In this document: positions 44,197-53,517 of the stretch, in pieces
Numbering within the stretch: position 1 is the stretch's first letter
Layout: every line of letters starts with the position of its first letter
Source of the DNA: Deltaproteobacteria bacterium
GTDB taxonomy: Bacteria; Myxococcota; SpSt-1050
DNA: 64,000 nt
Assembly (NCBI GenBank): GCA_026416535.1
Contig: JAOAFA010000050.1
Span: 1,904 to 65,903, forward strand
Reading direction: 5' to 3'
Translations under genes and position numbers: made by a program
The notes under the pieces: generated by a model
Seen by the model: only the letters and a program-made list of their open reading frames with translations
What the model was told of the DNA's origin: nothing
Database searches by the model: none

Positions 44197-46602
44197 TTAG
44201 CTCTTTTGTTGCATTATTGCCTCAGCCCTATTAACTATACGTGGTGTAATAAATATAAGCAACTCTGTCCTTTCATCCGCGCTCTTCTTTTTCTTAAATA
44301 ACCATCCCAAAACTGGGATATTAGATAACAACGGAACCTTTGCAAACTCTTCAGACTGTCTTCTCGTATATATACCTCCAATAACGGTTGTATCCCCATC
44401 TTTAACCAGGACCTGAGTAAACGCCTCTTTCTTCAAGATTGTTGGGTCACCTTGGGCACCAGTTCGCGAGAAATCAGGTTCATTTTTTGTAGTAACTATC
44501 TTTAACATAATTGAGCCATCTTGAGTCACATGAGGAGTAACAGCAAGTTCAAGTTTAGCATCGACAAAAACTGTCATAACACCAGCAGCAGAAACCTGAG
44601 ATATAGGAATAGATACACCGGATGATATCTTCGCCTCTTTATTATCAAGCGTAGTCACACGAGGTGCACTCAATATTTTGACATGTCCTGTATTTTCAAG
44701 AGCAGATAATCTCAGGTTTAAATTCGCTGAGCCGCTTGCATTCCCAAGGATAAACCCTATTGCACCACCGGCACCTGCGCCAACCGGTGCTGGCATATTT
44801 ACAGCAAAACCTGCCGGATTCTGAACACCACTAAATTGGTTCATAGTTCTAGCATCATCAGCTCCACCGTTAATTCCCACAACATTAGGGAAGGTCAGAC
44901 CAGTTGGATTTCCATATTGAGGAGCAAATACCATATTACCTCCCCATTGAATACCAATATCCCTTATAAATGATGTATTGGCTTCGACAATTCTTGCCTC
45001 AATCAAAACCTGAGGGGTTTGGGTGTCCAGACTCCTAATAAGCCCCTCTGCCTTTATTATATTCTCAATCTTATCCTTTATAATAATTACATTCGTCCTC
45101 TCATCTATATTGATAGTTCCTCTATCCGATAGCACATCCTTTACCTGTGCCACAATATCCTTTGCATATCCATAATTAACGGGTATTAATCTAACCTTGA
45201 GAGGTTCAAGCGCCTCTAGTGCCTTCTTCTTTGCCATTTCCGCCTCTGCCTCTTTCTGGAAAACCTCCACAGGGGCTACCCTTATTATGTTTCCTACCTT
45301 TTTCATTCCAAGCCCTTTAGTCTTCAAAATAATCTCAAGCGCCTGATCCCATGGGACATTTCTAAGTGTAACCGTAACATTTCCTTTAACATCATCACTT
45401 GTAACTATATTGATCTTTGCAACCTCTGAGATAAGCCTTAGGATATTGTGAATATTGGCATCCTTAAAATCCATACTAATTCTTTTACCCTTATATGTTT
45501 TTTTAGATTCATAATCCTCATACTTCTCTGAAGCCTCACCCTTTTCTTCACTAGCCACCATCTCTTCTGAAAATTTTATTTCCTGTGGTTTTTCGACATG
45601 GAAAAAATCCCAATTCACATTTTTATTTTCTCTAACCAAATGCTGAGGAACCCTTTCTTTCATATACACAGAGATAGAACAACCACCTTCATTCTTATCC
45701 TTTACTACTCGAATCATCGAAATTGGCCCGAACCTCTCTACCTTGTCTATAACCGGCATAACACTTTCTGAAACTATACACCTATCAAACTTCAGTTGAA
45801 CCTCTTTCTCCCCCACCTCTATTACATTATGATTCACCCTAACATCACTATCAAAAGATATTACTATCCTTGAATAACCATTGTATTGTCTTACATTAAT
45901 TCCAGTTAATTTTATTTTTGAACTCTCATCTTTCGAAATCTCCGCACCTTTGGTAATACCATCTATCAATTTGGTCACCACCTTTGACTCAGACTTCTGA
46001 ACAAGTGAATCACCACCCTTCTCCTGGCTAGTTTCCATTATAAGGGCTGTGGATGCATTCTGACTTTTATTATCAATCGATTGTAAACTAGCATTAGAAG
46101 ATCCCTCCTTGAGTTCTTCCTTCTCCTTAACTTTTGCCATTACATTAACAACAGGTTCAATCTTTATCTTCTTTTCCTTTTCTCCCACAGGCTCTAAGAG
46201 TATAGTAATATTCCCTTTATCAACAGTTGTCGAGAAACTGGAATATTCAATACTTTTACCTAAATCAAACACAAGCCTAGTAAATGTCTGATGTCTACCT
46301 ATTCTCATCCTTTCAATAGGAGTATTAAAAAATTTCTTCTCTTTCAATCCTCTATTTATTCTAACCTTCTCGAGATCTACAACAAGCCTTTTGGGATTCT
46401 CTACAAGGGTCACATAGTATGGGACCACTGCACCAATATTAATATGAATTTTAATTGACCTGCCCTCTTTCTTCAAACTAACATCCTTAAGCGGTATTAT
46501 CTGTGATATGTCATCATAACCATTTGACTCGCCATATGCGAAATAGGCTCCACAAACAATGATGAGGAAAATTACTAAATTTAAAAAACTTCTTTTATAC
46601 AT
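44197..46602 (-). CDS. pilQ: Type IV pilus secretin PilQ with two AMIN domains
   Basis: 801 aa with two AMIN-like repeats (...RLVVDLEKVRIN; ...YSRIVISFDSDVRV...), N0/N1 domains, and a secretin core ending VPLLSNIPVLGWLFKKK...ELLIFITPRIV. Confidence 0.93.
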   Translation of the reverse strand: MYKRSFLNLVIFLIIVCGAYFAYGESNGYDDISQIIPLKDVSLKKEGRSIKIHINIGAVVPYYVTLVENPKRLVVDLEKVRINRGLKEKKFFNTPIERMRIGRHQTFTRLVFDLGKSIEYSSFSTTVDKGNITILLEPVGEKEKKIKIEPVVNVMAKVKEKEELKEGSSNASLQSIDNKSQNASTALIMETSQEKGGDSLVQKSESKVVTKLIDGITKGAEISKDESSKIKLTGINVRQYNGYSRIVISFDSDVRVNHNVIEVGEKEVQLKFDRCIVSESVMPVIDKVERFGPISMIRVVKDKNEGGCSISVYMKERVPQHLVRENKNVNWDFFHVEKPQEIKFSEEMVASEEKGEASEKYEDYESKKTYKGKRISMDFKDANIHNILRLISEVAKINIVTSDDVKGNVTVTLRNVPWDQALEIILKTKGLGMKKVGNIIRVAPVEVFQKEAEAEMAKKKALEALEPLKVRLIPVNYGYAKDIVAQVKDVLSDRGTINIDERTNVIIIKDKIENIIKAEGLIRSLDTQTPQVLIEARIVEANTSFIRDIGIQWGGNMVFAPQYGNPTGLTFPNVVGINGGADDARTMNQFSGVQNPAGFAVNMPAPVGAGAGGAIGFILGNASGSANLNLRLSALENTGHVKILSAPRVTTLDNKEAKISSGVSIPISQVSAAGVMTVFVDAKLELAVTPHVTQDGSIMLKIVTTKNEPDFSRTGAQGDPTILKKEAFTQVLVKDGDTTVIGGIYTRRQSEEFAKVPLLSNIPVLGWLFKKKKSADERTELLIFITPRIVNRAEAIMQQKS

Positions 46603-46616
46603 AACATAATCTCCTT

Positions 46617-47141
46617 TTATCTATTGGTTGATTTTTCCTCTGGCAATTTCAAAACAACTTTTGACACAATCCTCTTACCTTCACTATCTATAAATTCCTC
46701 TTCTATTATAACCTCATCTCTCTTTATTCTAGCAACCCTCCCACCATTTTTACCAATCAGAGTCCCAACAACAAGAGTATGACCCTTGCCAGTGGGATCT
46801 TCTACCATCGCCATGGGTTGCTCAATACCACTAATAATAGAAGTAAGTCTAAGCTGTTCTATATCGTATGTTTCGAGCTCAGTTAAAGGCGTAGTCCTAT
46901 CTTCAGCTCTTTTTGAGACTTTTATGTCCATAAAGAATGGTCTAAATGGATCTCTTTTACCGACAGGTGTATAAACATAAGCCTCTTCTTCTACTACTTG
47001 CGCATCTGCCTGTGAACCTGCATCAATCTCTACCCGAGCTGATTGTTGAGGGGTGACAACCGGACCTCCACCACCCTTACCTGAACAACCCATGAAAACT
47101 GAGAAGATTACCAAAGTAAACAATGTGAATATGTATCTCAT
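46617..47141 (-). CDS. pilP: Type IV pilus lipoprotein PilP
   Basis: Lipobox FMGCSG and C-terminal beta-domain LRLTSIISGIEQPMAMVEDPTGKGHTLVVGTLIGKNGGRVARIKRDEVII. Positioned between pilO and pilQ. Confidence 0.75.
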   Translation of the reverse strand: MRYIFTLFTLVIFSVFMGCSGKGGGGPVVTPQQSARVEIDAGSQADAQVVEEEAYVYTPVGKRDPFRPFFMDIKVSKRAEDRTTPLTELETYDIEQLRLTSIISGIEQPMAMVEDPTGKGHTLVVGTLIGKNGGRVARIKRDEVIIEEEFIDSEGKRIVSKVVLKLPEEKSTNR

Positions 47142-47151
47142 TAGATAACCT

Positions 47152-47793
47152 CTATTTTGTTATAACAGGAACAGCACCAGCCTGACCTTGTTGAGGCTGC
47201 TGCTGAGCCTCTATAAATCTAAATGTTGTAGCCAAAAATTCGGCTTTTAAAATCATCTTTTGATTCTTAAACGTCGGATCCTTAAATGTTATATCTGATA
47301 TGTTTATTATTCTTGGTAATTTAGATACCTTATCAAAGAAGACTAAGATCTCGTGAAAAGAACCCGAAACTTCAATCTTTATAGGGACTCTAGCATAAAA
47401 ACCAGCAGGGGTTTCCATACCCAGTTCAAAAACTTCCATTCTGAGTCCAGACTTCTCTAAAACCTCCGACAACCTTGACAAGAGCTCTGGTATCTCAGCA
47501 GAGTTTGGTAATAATGTTAATGCATCTTTCAGTTCCTGATTGAGCCTCTCGACTTCCCTTCTGAAAGAAGCAAGGTCATTTGCTATACTTTGTTTCTCAT
47601 TGTACGTTGCCTCAAGACTTTTGATCTGATTCTTCAACTTGTTAATATCTTTAAGAGTCGGACTGATCAAGAGAAAATAAAACAAGACAGCAATTCCAAC
47701 TATTATCCCACCTAGAACAAGCAATTTCTTTTGCCATGGTGTGTTGATTACTAACTCTAAAAATTTATCTTTGTCTAAACTTTTAAATTGCAT
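47152..47793 (-). CDS. pilO: Type IV pilus alignment protein PilO
   Basis: Single TM, a coiled coil, and a ferredoxin-like C-domain. Conserved position, overlapping the pilN end. Confidence 0.8.
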   Translation of the reverse strand: MQFKSLDKDKFLELVINTPWQKKLLVLGGIIVGIAVLFYFLLISPTLKDINKLKNQIKSLEATYNEKQSIANDLASFRREVERLNQELKDALTLLPNSAEIPELLSRLSEVLEKSGLRMEVFELGMETPAGFYARVPIKIEVSGSFHEILVFFDKVSKLPRIINISDITFKDPTFKNQKMILKAEFLATTFRFIEAQQQPQQGQAGAVPVITK

Positions 47794-48328
47794 AGTTCAC
47801 CACACATTCTATTTCAAATTGTTTTACAACATTACCTTCTCTCTCGGCCGCCTTCGTAAACTTAAGACGGACCTGGGTAAAATACTTAGATCTCTCAAGA
47901 TCTGCCAAAAATACTGCAATATCCTCATCACTTGATGCCTCACCCACTATAACTGCATTCCTCCCCTTCTCTTCGAATTTAATAAGCCACAACTTTTTTG
48001 GTGTTTTCTGCGCAAGTTCATCTAGTACCTTGATGGGACCAGACCTACCTTTTTTCAACTCCTCTATGACATTTAACTTTGCCTTAAGTGTTGTCTGAAT
48101 CTCCTTATACTGATTAACCTCACCTATAATCTGATCTAACTTTTGAATTTCACTATTATAATATGCCACCTTTTGCACAAGCGATTTCTTTGCTGCAGAA
48201 ACAGACCCAAAAAGTATACCTAGAATTACTATCTCAACCGCAAGGATAAGAGCAAAGAGTATTACTTGTTGCTGACCTGTTTGCTTCTTTTTTTCAGCCT
48301 TTACTTGTAATAAATTTATTTTAATCAT
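47783..48328 (-). CDS. pilN: Type IV pilus alignment protein PilN
   Basis: N-terminal MIKINLLQ (the PilM-binding motif 'INLLP'-like), then a TM and a coiled coil. Confidence 0.8.
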   Translation of the reverse strand: MIKINLLQVKAEKKKQTGQQQVILFALILAVEIVILGILFGSVSAAKKSLVQKVAYYNSEIQKLDQIIGEVNQYKEIQTTLKAKLNVIEELKKGRSGPIKVLDELAQKTPKKLWLIKFEEKGRNAVIVGEASSDEDIAVFLADLERSKYFTQVRLKFTKAAEREGNVVKQFEIECVVNYAI

Positions 48329-48342
48329 CTTGGACTCCTAAC

Positions 48343-49413
48343 CTACTTATCATTGGGTCTCCTTATACCAAGACCAACAGCTATTGACGCTAATGGAGCT
48401 ATATTTTGAATATATTCTGTATCAAATCTCCTTTCATCTATTTCAATATTTCTAAACGGATTAATTAATTCAACAGGTATATTAAGCCTAGCCTCTAAGA
48501 TTCTAAGAATAGAAGCAATTTTTGCACAACCACCGCATAGATATATCCTACTTATTGAAGAATCAGCTGTCGTAGCTGTATAAAAGTCTATTGATCGTTG
48601 AATCTCATTAACAATCATATCAGACACAGATTGAATGATCTTATCCACCTCCTGAGGAATTACTGAATCTCCATCGGCAGTAGTCTGTCCACCCACTTTT
48701 AATGCCTCTGCCTCTTCAAAAGATACATTCAATCCCTTCATAATCTCCTCAGTAATCATATTCCCACCAACAGTTAGGTCCCTAGTAAAAAGTGATATCC
48801 CATTATTAATAATATTCAAATTAGTATTGGCAGCTCCCACATTACATAACACAATGGTTTCCCCAGGAACCATCTCATAATTAATCTCAAACATATTTTG
48901 CAACGCAAAGACATCCACATCTATTACCACCGGTACAAGCCCCGCCTCAGCTGCGATGGAGACATAATCCTGGACCATCTCTTTTTTAGCAGCCACAAGC
49001 AAAACATCCATTTGACCTGCTACAGTTGAATGCGGATTTATTATTGTAACATCCATATTTACATCATTTATATCAAATGGGATGTATTGCTCTGCCTCCC
49101 AGTGAATAGCCTCTTCCAACTGCTCCTGAGACATAGAGGGAAGTGTTATCTTCTTTATAATGACAGAATGGCCTGACAACCCCATCACAACATTTTTTTC
49201 TTTGATTTTAGTAGAATTTAAAAGCTCTTTTATAACCTCTACAACGGCAGCTGAATTCATTATAGCATTATCTACAATCGTCTCAGGTGGAAGCGCAATC
49301 ATTCCAAAGTTGACAAGCGAATATCCATGCTTCCCTTCCTTTAGTTGAATTACCTTCACACATGAACTACCGATATCCAATCCAATTACATCTTTCGATT
49401 TACCAAATAACAT
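48343..49413 (-). CDS. pilM: Type IV pilus assembly ATPase-like (actin-fold) protein PilM
   Basis: VIGLDIGSSCVKVIQL with an FtsA/actin-like fold over 356 aa. GAGGAG SD overlaps the stop of the upstream XRE gene. Confidence 0.93.
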   Translation of the reverse strand: MLFGKSKDVIGLDIGSSCVKVIQLKEGKHGYSLVNFGMIALPPETIVDNAIMNSAAVVEVIKELLNSTKIKEKNVVMGLSGHSVIIKKITLPSMSQEQLEEAIHWEAEQYIPFDINDVNMDVTIINPHSTVAGQMDVLLVAAKKEMVQDYVSIAAEAGLVPVVIDVDVFALQNMFEINYEMVPGETIVLCNVGAANTNLNIINNGISLFTRDLTVGGNMITEEIMKGLNVSFEEAEALKVGGQTTADGDSVIPQEVDKIIQSVSDMIVNEIQRSIDFYTATTADSSISRIYLCGGCAKIASILRILEARLNIPVELINPFRNIEIDERRFDTEYIQNIAPLASIAVGLGIRRPNDK

Positions 49414-49420
49414 TTTCTCC

Positions 49421-49684
49421 TCACTTATCTAATATTTTTTCCTTATCATTTTGTAAATCTTTCTTATCCTCTTCTAAAGGACCAAACACCTTATCCCTAT
49501 CTGACAATTTTAACCCCAATGCAAGTATAATCTTTCTCTTTGTGTCCAACCTACACTCCATCCCATTCTCGATCCTATCAATAGTTATAGGAGAGACACC
49601 CGCCCTCCTCGCCAATTCTGACTTACTCAACATCATCTCTTCTCTAATTTTTGTAAGATTGCTTTTCTTGCTCTTCATAGGCAT
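49421..49684 (-). CDS. XRE-family helix-turn-helix protein, first gene of the pilMNOPQ operon
   Basis: MLSKSELARRAGVSPITIDRIENG is a classic HTH_XRE. Start set to ATG 49684 (MPMKSKK...) after the AGAGGT SD. The track start 49699 is farther upstream. Confidence 0.7.
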   Translation of the reverse strand: MPMKSKKSNLTKIREEMMLSKSELARRAGVSPITIDRIENGMECRLDTKRKIILALGLKLSDRDKVFGPLEEDKKDLQNDKEKILDK

Positions 49685-49708
49685 TCTACCTCTTATCATA
49701 CAAGTCTA

Positions 49709-49737
49709 TTTATAAAACGAATTTTGACTCTCGTCAA
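49709..49737 (-). promoter_or_regulatory. Candidate sigma70-type promoter of XRE-pilMNOPQ (TTGACG-17-TATAAA) with palindromic -35
   Basis: The minus strand reads TTGACgagaGTCAAaattcgtttTATAAA: -35 at 49737-49732, a 17-nt spacer, and -10 at 49714-49709. The -35 sits inside a TTGAC/GTCAA inverted repeat. Confidence 0.4.
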
Positions 49738-50368
49738 ATTTTTAGCAATTTTGCATAATTATATTTATTTGTCAACCAATTAAACAATACTTTCTACTGC
49801 TATTGTGGCATCTCACACTCCATAGAAATATATGGCAGTGGGTCCCTATTTTCAGATTCGCTAATTATTATCCAAACTTCCATACTCTTCTTAAGCTCTT
49901 TAAATGTCATGTTTCTTCTTAGAAGATTCCATATTAAATCATAACCCTCATTTTGAAGAAATTGAGAAAAAACGCGTCTTTTCATCTCAAAAATCTTTTG
50001 TGAATTAAAATATTTTAAGCAAAACAATCTCAAAATACCCTATCTCAAATTAGCACTCAAAACCTATTGCTCCAAGACCTTATCATACACTGTAACAACC
50101 GTAGGTTGATATAAAAGACGCACCCAACATTACTCATCGATACCAACCTAATCATACATGGAAAGATACCAATTTTTTAGTAATAGTATAATAAATCAAA
50201 TTTGTCTGGTGGACATCTTGATTAAGCTCGCTTGTCTAGTAAGCAAGAACTCATGGGAAAGAATATAAATTTTACAGGAATAAAATCAAAAAACAATAAC
50301 CTTGAGATGAGTGCTTTTAAAATTCATAAACATAATCTTAACTTACCCACCCCGACGTCAAACTTCTC

Positions 50369-51688
50369 TTACATATAAAAAAACCCTTGATAAACCGTCC
50401 TTACTTCATGATAACGTAGCTCTTTTACAATCCTGTTGATTAAAGATAAAAACCCTCTAAATCCCAAGTATGGCTCATCATATATACTATGAGAAAAATA
50501 AGACGGGAATCCTAACTCAACAGTGGCTTTACCCGAGGCAATAAAATATGAGCTTGCATCACTATTGCCAACGTACAAATCAATCTTATCAGTCTTAGCA
50601 AGCCTTATACAGATATCAATTATTTTATTTATAGTTGGTTCAAACAATATATCACCATCGAATTGCTCTAAATATCTCTTTTTATCAAGAGTATTAGATA
50701 TCACAACTTGGCTGAAGTTAGCACCTAACAACTCAAGTGATTTTTTTAGAGGCATAAAAATAATTGGATCACCACAATAAACAACATTCAATCCCAAAAA
50801 GTGCTGCTCCACTAATGGCTCAATCCGTCTAACTACTGTTCTTATTTCATTCTCTATTACTCTATTCACACTTTTTATCCTAAAATAATCAGCCACATCT
50901 CTAATTAACTTTGCTGTCTGTTCAAATCCAATCGGATAATCAGCTTTCATCAAAGGTATCTTCAGTCTTTCAGAAATAATTTTAGCGGCCTCTTCCATGT
51001 AACCAAAAGATATCAAGAGGGATGAGTTCGATATAGAGCACAGATCATCATAACTGCCACCAGAAAACCAAATTGAAGAGATATCAACACCTATCTCACC
51101 AAAAATCCTTCTTAACTCCGAAATATTTGCAAAATTATCATATTCATTCCTATCAAATAGGTATCCAATAATCCCTATCGACTTACTACCTCTTAAGCGT
51201 CTTTTAAACGTCATTTCAGAGGCCAACACTTTAGCAAATTCAGAGTATCCATCCATCCAATCCCCTGATAATGATTTATTTTTGAATTCAAAGGTGGGCT
51301 TTTTATACTTTGTAGATATCTTATTTAATAACCTCTTATAATCTACGGCTGTAACAGCTGCCATCGGCATAGGAGTTATACCTATAACTTTGGTAAAAGG
51401 TTGTGAAGCTATTTTTTCAATAAACTTTAGTATACTTTCTTCTCTGGAATCAGCCATCATAAATGGATGCAATGCAGTATTACCGACACGGTGAAACCCA
51501 GACAAATTTGTAAGATTAGCATAAAAATCATGATTGAGAGTTATATATTGTGTCTTCATATATGAACAATCAGGACCATCAACAACCAAATAAAAATCCT
51601 TTATTGCATTCACTCCTAAGTATATCCCCACCATATATGGATTAATTAACCTCTGCGAAAATTTTCTAACCATTTTATTGATCTTCAT
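50369..51688 (-). CDS. Nitrogenase component-1-type oxidoreductase-like protein (NifK/NifN/BchB-like), small partner
   Basis: By-eye alignment to the Oxidored_nitro pattern: INPYMVGIYLGVNAIKDFYLVVDGPDCSY (cf. '..G...a...i.da..lvHGpqGC.y'); VGNTALHPFMMADSREESILKFIEKI (cf. 't.m.E.d.VfGG...L...i'); SIGIIGYLFDRNEYDNFANISELRRIFGEIGVDI; LKIPLMKADYPIGFEQTAKLI. The canonical 'TC..e.IGDD' block reads IGITPMPMAAVTAVDY, so that Cys is lost. Possible starts are ATG 51688, ATG 51673 and TTG 51700. Overlaps or abuts the upstream partner. Confidence 0.6.
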   Translation of the reverse strand: MKINKMVRKFSQRLINPYMVGIYLGVNAIKDFYLVVDGPDCSYMKTQYITLNHDFYANLTNLSGFHRVGNTALHPFMMADSREESILKFIEKIASQPFTKVIGITPMPMAAVTAVDYKRLLNKISTKYKKPTFEFKNKSLSGDWMDGYSEFAKVLASEMTFKRRLRGSKSIGIIGYLFDRNEYDNFANISELRRIFGEIGVDISSIWFSGGSYDDLCSISNSSLLISFGYMEEAAKIISERLKIPLMKADYPIGFEQTAKLIRDVADYFRIKSVNRVIENEIRTVVRRIEPLVEQHFLGLNVVYCGDPIIFMPLKKSLELLGANFSQVVISNTLDKKRYLEQFDGDILFEPTINKIIDICIRLAKTDKIDLYVGNSDASSYFIASGKATVELGFPSYFSHSIYDEPYLGFRGFLSLINRIVKELRYHEVRTVYQGFFYM

Positions 51689-53474
51689 ATCTACCCACAA
51701 AGTCCCTTTTTAAGTAAGACGAATACTTTGGGAACACCTCAATATTGGCAACATATAAAAGTCGATTAATAGTATATATTGCTCCCTCAAACCCCACCTC
51801 AAAATCGAAGAGAGAAAAGGAATTCTTTCCAGCTGACCATATCCTCCAATCATTTGAATGATTGGAAAATACAAGTCGACACGAGCTTTCAGTTAACAAT
51901 CTCATCATCTTATCATACGTATCAAAAAACCTTACTTCATAATTATCATAATCCTTAATAGACTTTAGTATCTTTTCAGAACTCCTTTGAGCCTCCTCTC
52001 TATTATCGGCCCTTATAAACACCTCTATTCTGGAACCTACTTCCATAAAGAATTTTAATAGAGGAACACCCCAGGACCTCGCTGAATCCGTAAGATATAC
52101 ATCCTCCCCCTTCCTAATTATGAAGACAACACCAATATTACTCATCTGGTCCTTTAGAGAATTATATAGATTTAATCTCTTGTTTTCAATCTTTTTCAAT
52201 ATATCATCTTCCTTTAATTTAAAACCAACAAGTACTGAAAGATTTAATAACCACCTAATGGTCCCCGCAAATCCATATGGTGCCTCTAACGCAACGTACT
52301 TATGAGAAGATGAATTATTAAGTTGTAAATATAAATGATTCCACAATGCATTTGGCTTAATAATATCAACTCCACCATTGAAATATTTTCTTAAGGTTCT
52401 TGGTGACACATCTGGAATTACTACTGAATTTATCTCTATTCCTAGGGTTTTACACAGATAAATCAATCTCTCAAGATACCAATCCTTTTCATAACCCAAT
52501 AAATTGACAACATTTTTCTTAATGCTGTTTCCTTTCTTACGATACTTCCAAAATAGGCGTTTTAATACTACTTCCATCGATTGTGGTGTTACAGTAAGAT
52601 ACAATAAATTCTTCCTCTTCTTCCTCATCCTCTCAATAACAGATTCGACATCCTCTCCTATAACAACAGGTGTACATGTGTTTGATAAGAATACTTCTTT
52701 ACGCTTACTATTCGACAATACATATTCTAGCACTTCCTTCACCTTGTTGTTTCCCATAACTATATCTTTTTCATTCAAATCAGTAGAAAAGAATTTGGTT
52801 ATATCTGGGAGTTCATTTCTCTTCAATCTCCTATACTTGTTTCTATTCTTCGAAAGCCACGGATATTTGACAAGAAATCTAACCAATCTCAAATCTAAAT
52901 TTGGTTTTAAAGAAACACATTCAATATCAGAGTGTTGAACAAATATGCAATTCTCATAAATATTAACAGAATCTAACTGTCCTCTCGCGAATTCACCTTC
53001 CGCCCAAAAATTTGCATATAAGTCCTTTCCACCCCAACTATCCAAATGATTTTCTGGTTTGTCATGTACCTCAAATGAAGGCAAGCTTAATGCGGGACTC
53101 CCAAATTCTGGATCAGACCTGATTATACCTACAAGCTCTTCAAATGTTATGCCTGAAAAATCAAGAGACAGAAGATGAGATGTAAGCCTACCACCTGCTT
53201 CACAACCGCTATAAAAAATATCCAAATGACCAGTTTTAATTAAAGATGGTCGAGTATCTATTCGTCTTGTAATGTACAAAGTAATTTTATAATCCTTGTC
53301 TATTTTCGATACTATATCTAATACTATTTGATTACCTATCCATCCCATTTTCGATATTACAAACTCTGTATTAGCCAGATTTAATATCTTCGAAAATTCA
53401 TTAATACTGAATTCACCACAGCCTATTCTTAATCCCTCAATATCATCCCTTCTTACATCTTCAAATCTATGCAA
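51675..53474 (-). CDS. Nitrogenase component-1-type oxidoreductase-like protein (NifD/NifE/BchN-like), large partner with ~170-aa N-terminal extension
   Basis: Aligned blocks: NCIFVQHSDIECVS (cf. 'lvHgp.GC'); FSTDLNEKDIVMGNNKVKEVLEYVL...EVFLSNTCTPVVIGEDVESVI (cf. 'sTdl.E.DvVfGGe.kL..aI.....I.v..TC..elIGDDi.av'); VVNLLGYEKDWYLERLIYLCKTLGIEINSVVIPD; EAPYGFAGTIRWL. TTG start 53474 is preceded by a strong SD, AAGAGGTGA. Confidence 0.6.
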   Translation of the reverse strand: MHRFEDVRRDDIEGLRIGCGEFSINEFSKILNLANTEFVISKMGWIGNQIVLDIVSKIDKDYKITLYITRRIDTRPSLIKTGHLDIFYSGCEAGGRLTSHLLSLDFSGITFEELVGIIRSDPEFGSPALSLPSFEVHDKPENHLDSWGGKDLYANFWAEGEFARGQLDSVNIYENCIFVQHSDIECVSLKPNLDLRLVRFLVKYPWLSKNRNKYRRLKRNELPDITKFFSTDLNEKDIVMGNNKVKEVLEYVLSNSKRKEVFLSNTCTPVVIGEDVESVIERMRKKRKNLLYLTVTPQSMEVVLKRLFWKYRKKGNSIKKNVVNLLGYEKDWYLERLIYLCKTLGIEINSVVIPDVSPRTLRKYFNGGVDIIKPNALWNHLYLQLNNSSSHKYVALEAPYGFAGTIRWLLNLSVLVGFKLKEDDILKKIENKRLNLYNSLKDQMSNIGVVFIIRKGEDVYLTDSARSWGVPLLKFFMEVGSRIEVFIRADNREEAQRSSEKILKSIKDYDNYEVRFFDTYDKMMRLLTESSCRLVFSNHSNDWRIWSAGKNSFSLFDFEVGFEGAIYTINRLLYVANIEVFPKYSSYLKRDFVGRYEDQ

Positions 53475-53517
53475 TCTTCACCTCTTAGCCATTAAAAAAT
53501 TACAAACCATTTTGACA

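Noticed and set aside
49800-50033. 77-codon ORF between the Nif-like operon and the pil operon
   Set aside because: It has a TTG start without a convincing SD, the internal ATG 49985 has none either, and there is no recognisable domain. It might be real, but I cannot support it, so it is left unannotated.
50050-50076. Exact CIRCE half-site TTAGCACTC in the spacer between the Nif-like operon and the pil region
   Set aside because: After the 9-nt spacer the second arm reads TGCTCCAAG instead of GAGTGCTAA. There is no inverted repeat and no chaperone gene downstream, so it is a chance half-match.
52504-52938. Long antisense ORFs inside real genes (for example 52504..52938, 26498..26914, 34259..34663, 11581..11946, 8915..9220, 7701..8003, 43217..43540, 49362..49715, 723..986)
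   Set aside because: Each lies wholly within a longer opposite-strand ORF that carries clear family motifs. Their translations are low-complexity (S/L/I/F-rich), as expected for the reverse frame of AT-rich coding DNA. None has an SD.
50369-53474. Calling the Nif-like pair a genuine nitrogenase (nifDK/nifEN) or DPOR
   Set aside because: There is no nifH/bchL-type gene and no nifB or other cofactor genes in 64 kb. Several canonical cluster-ligand cysteines are missing, and the operon context is unrelated. Only a 'component-1-like fold family' call is supportable.
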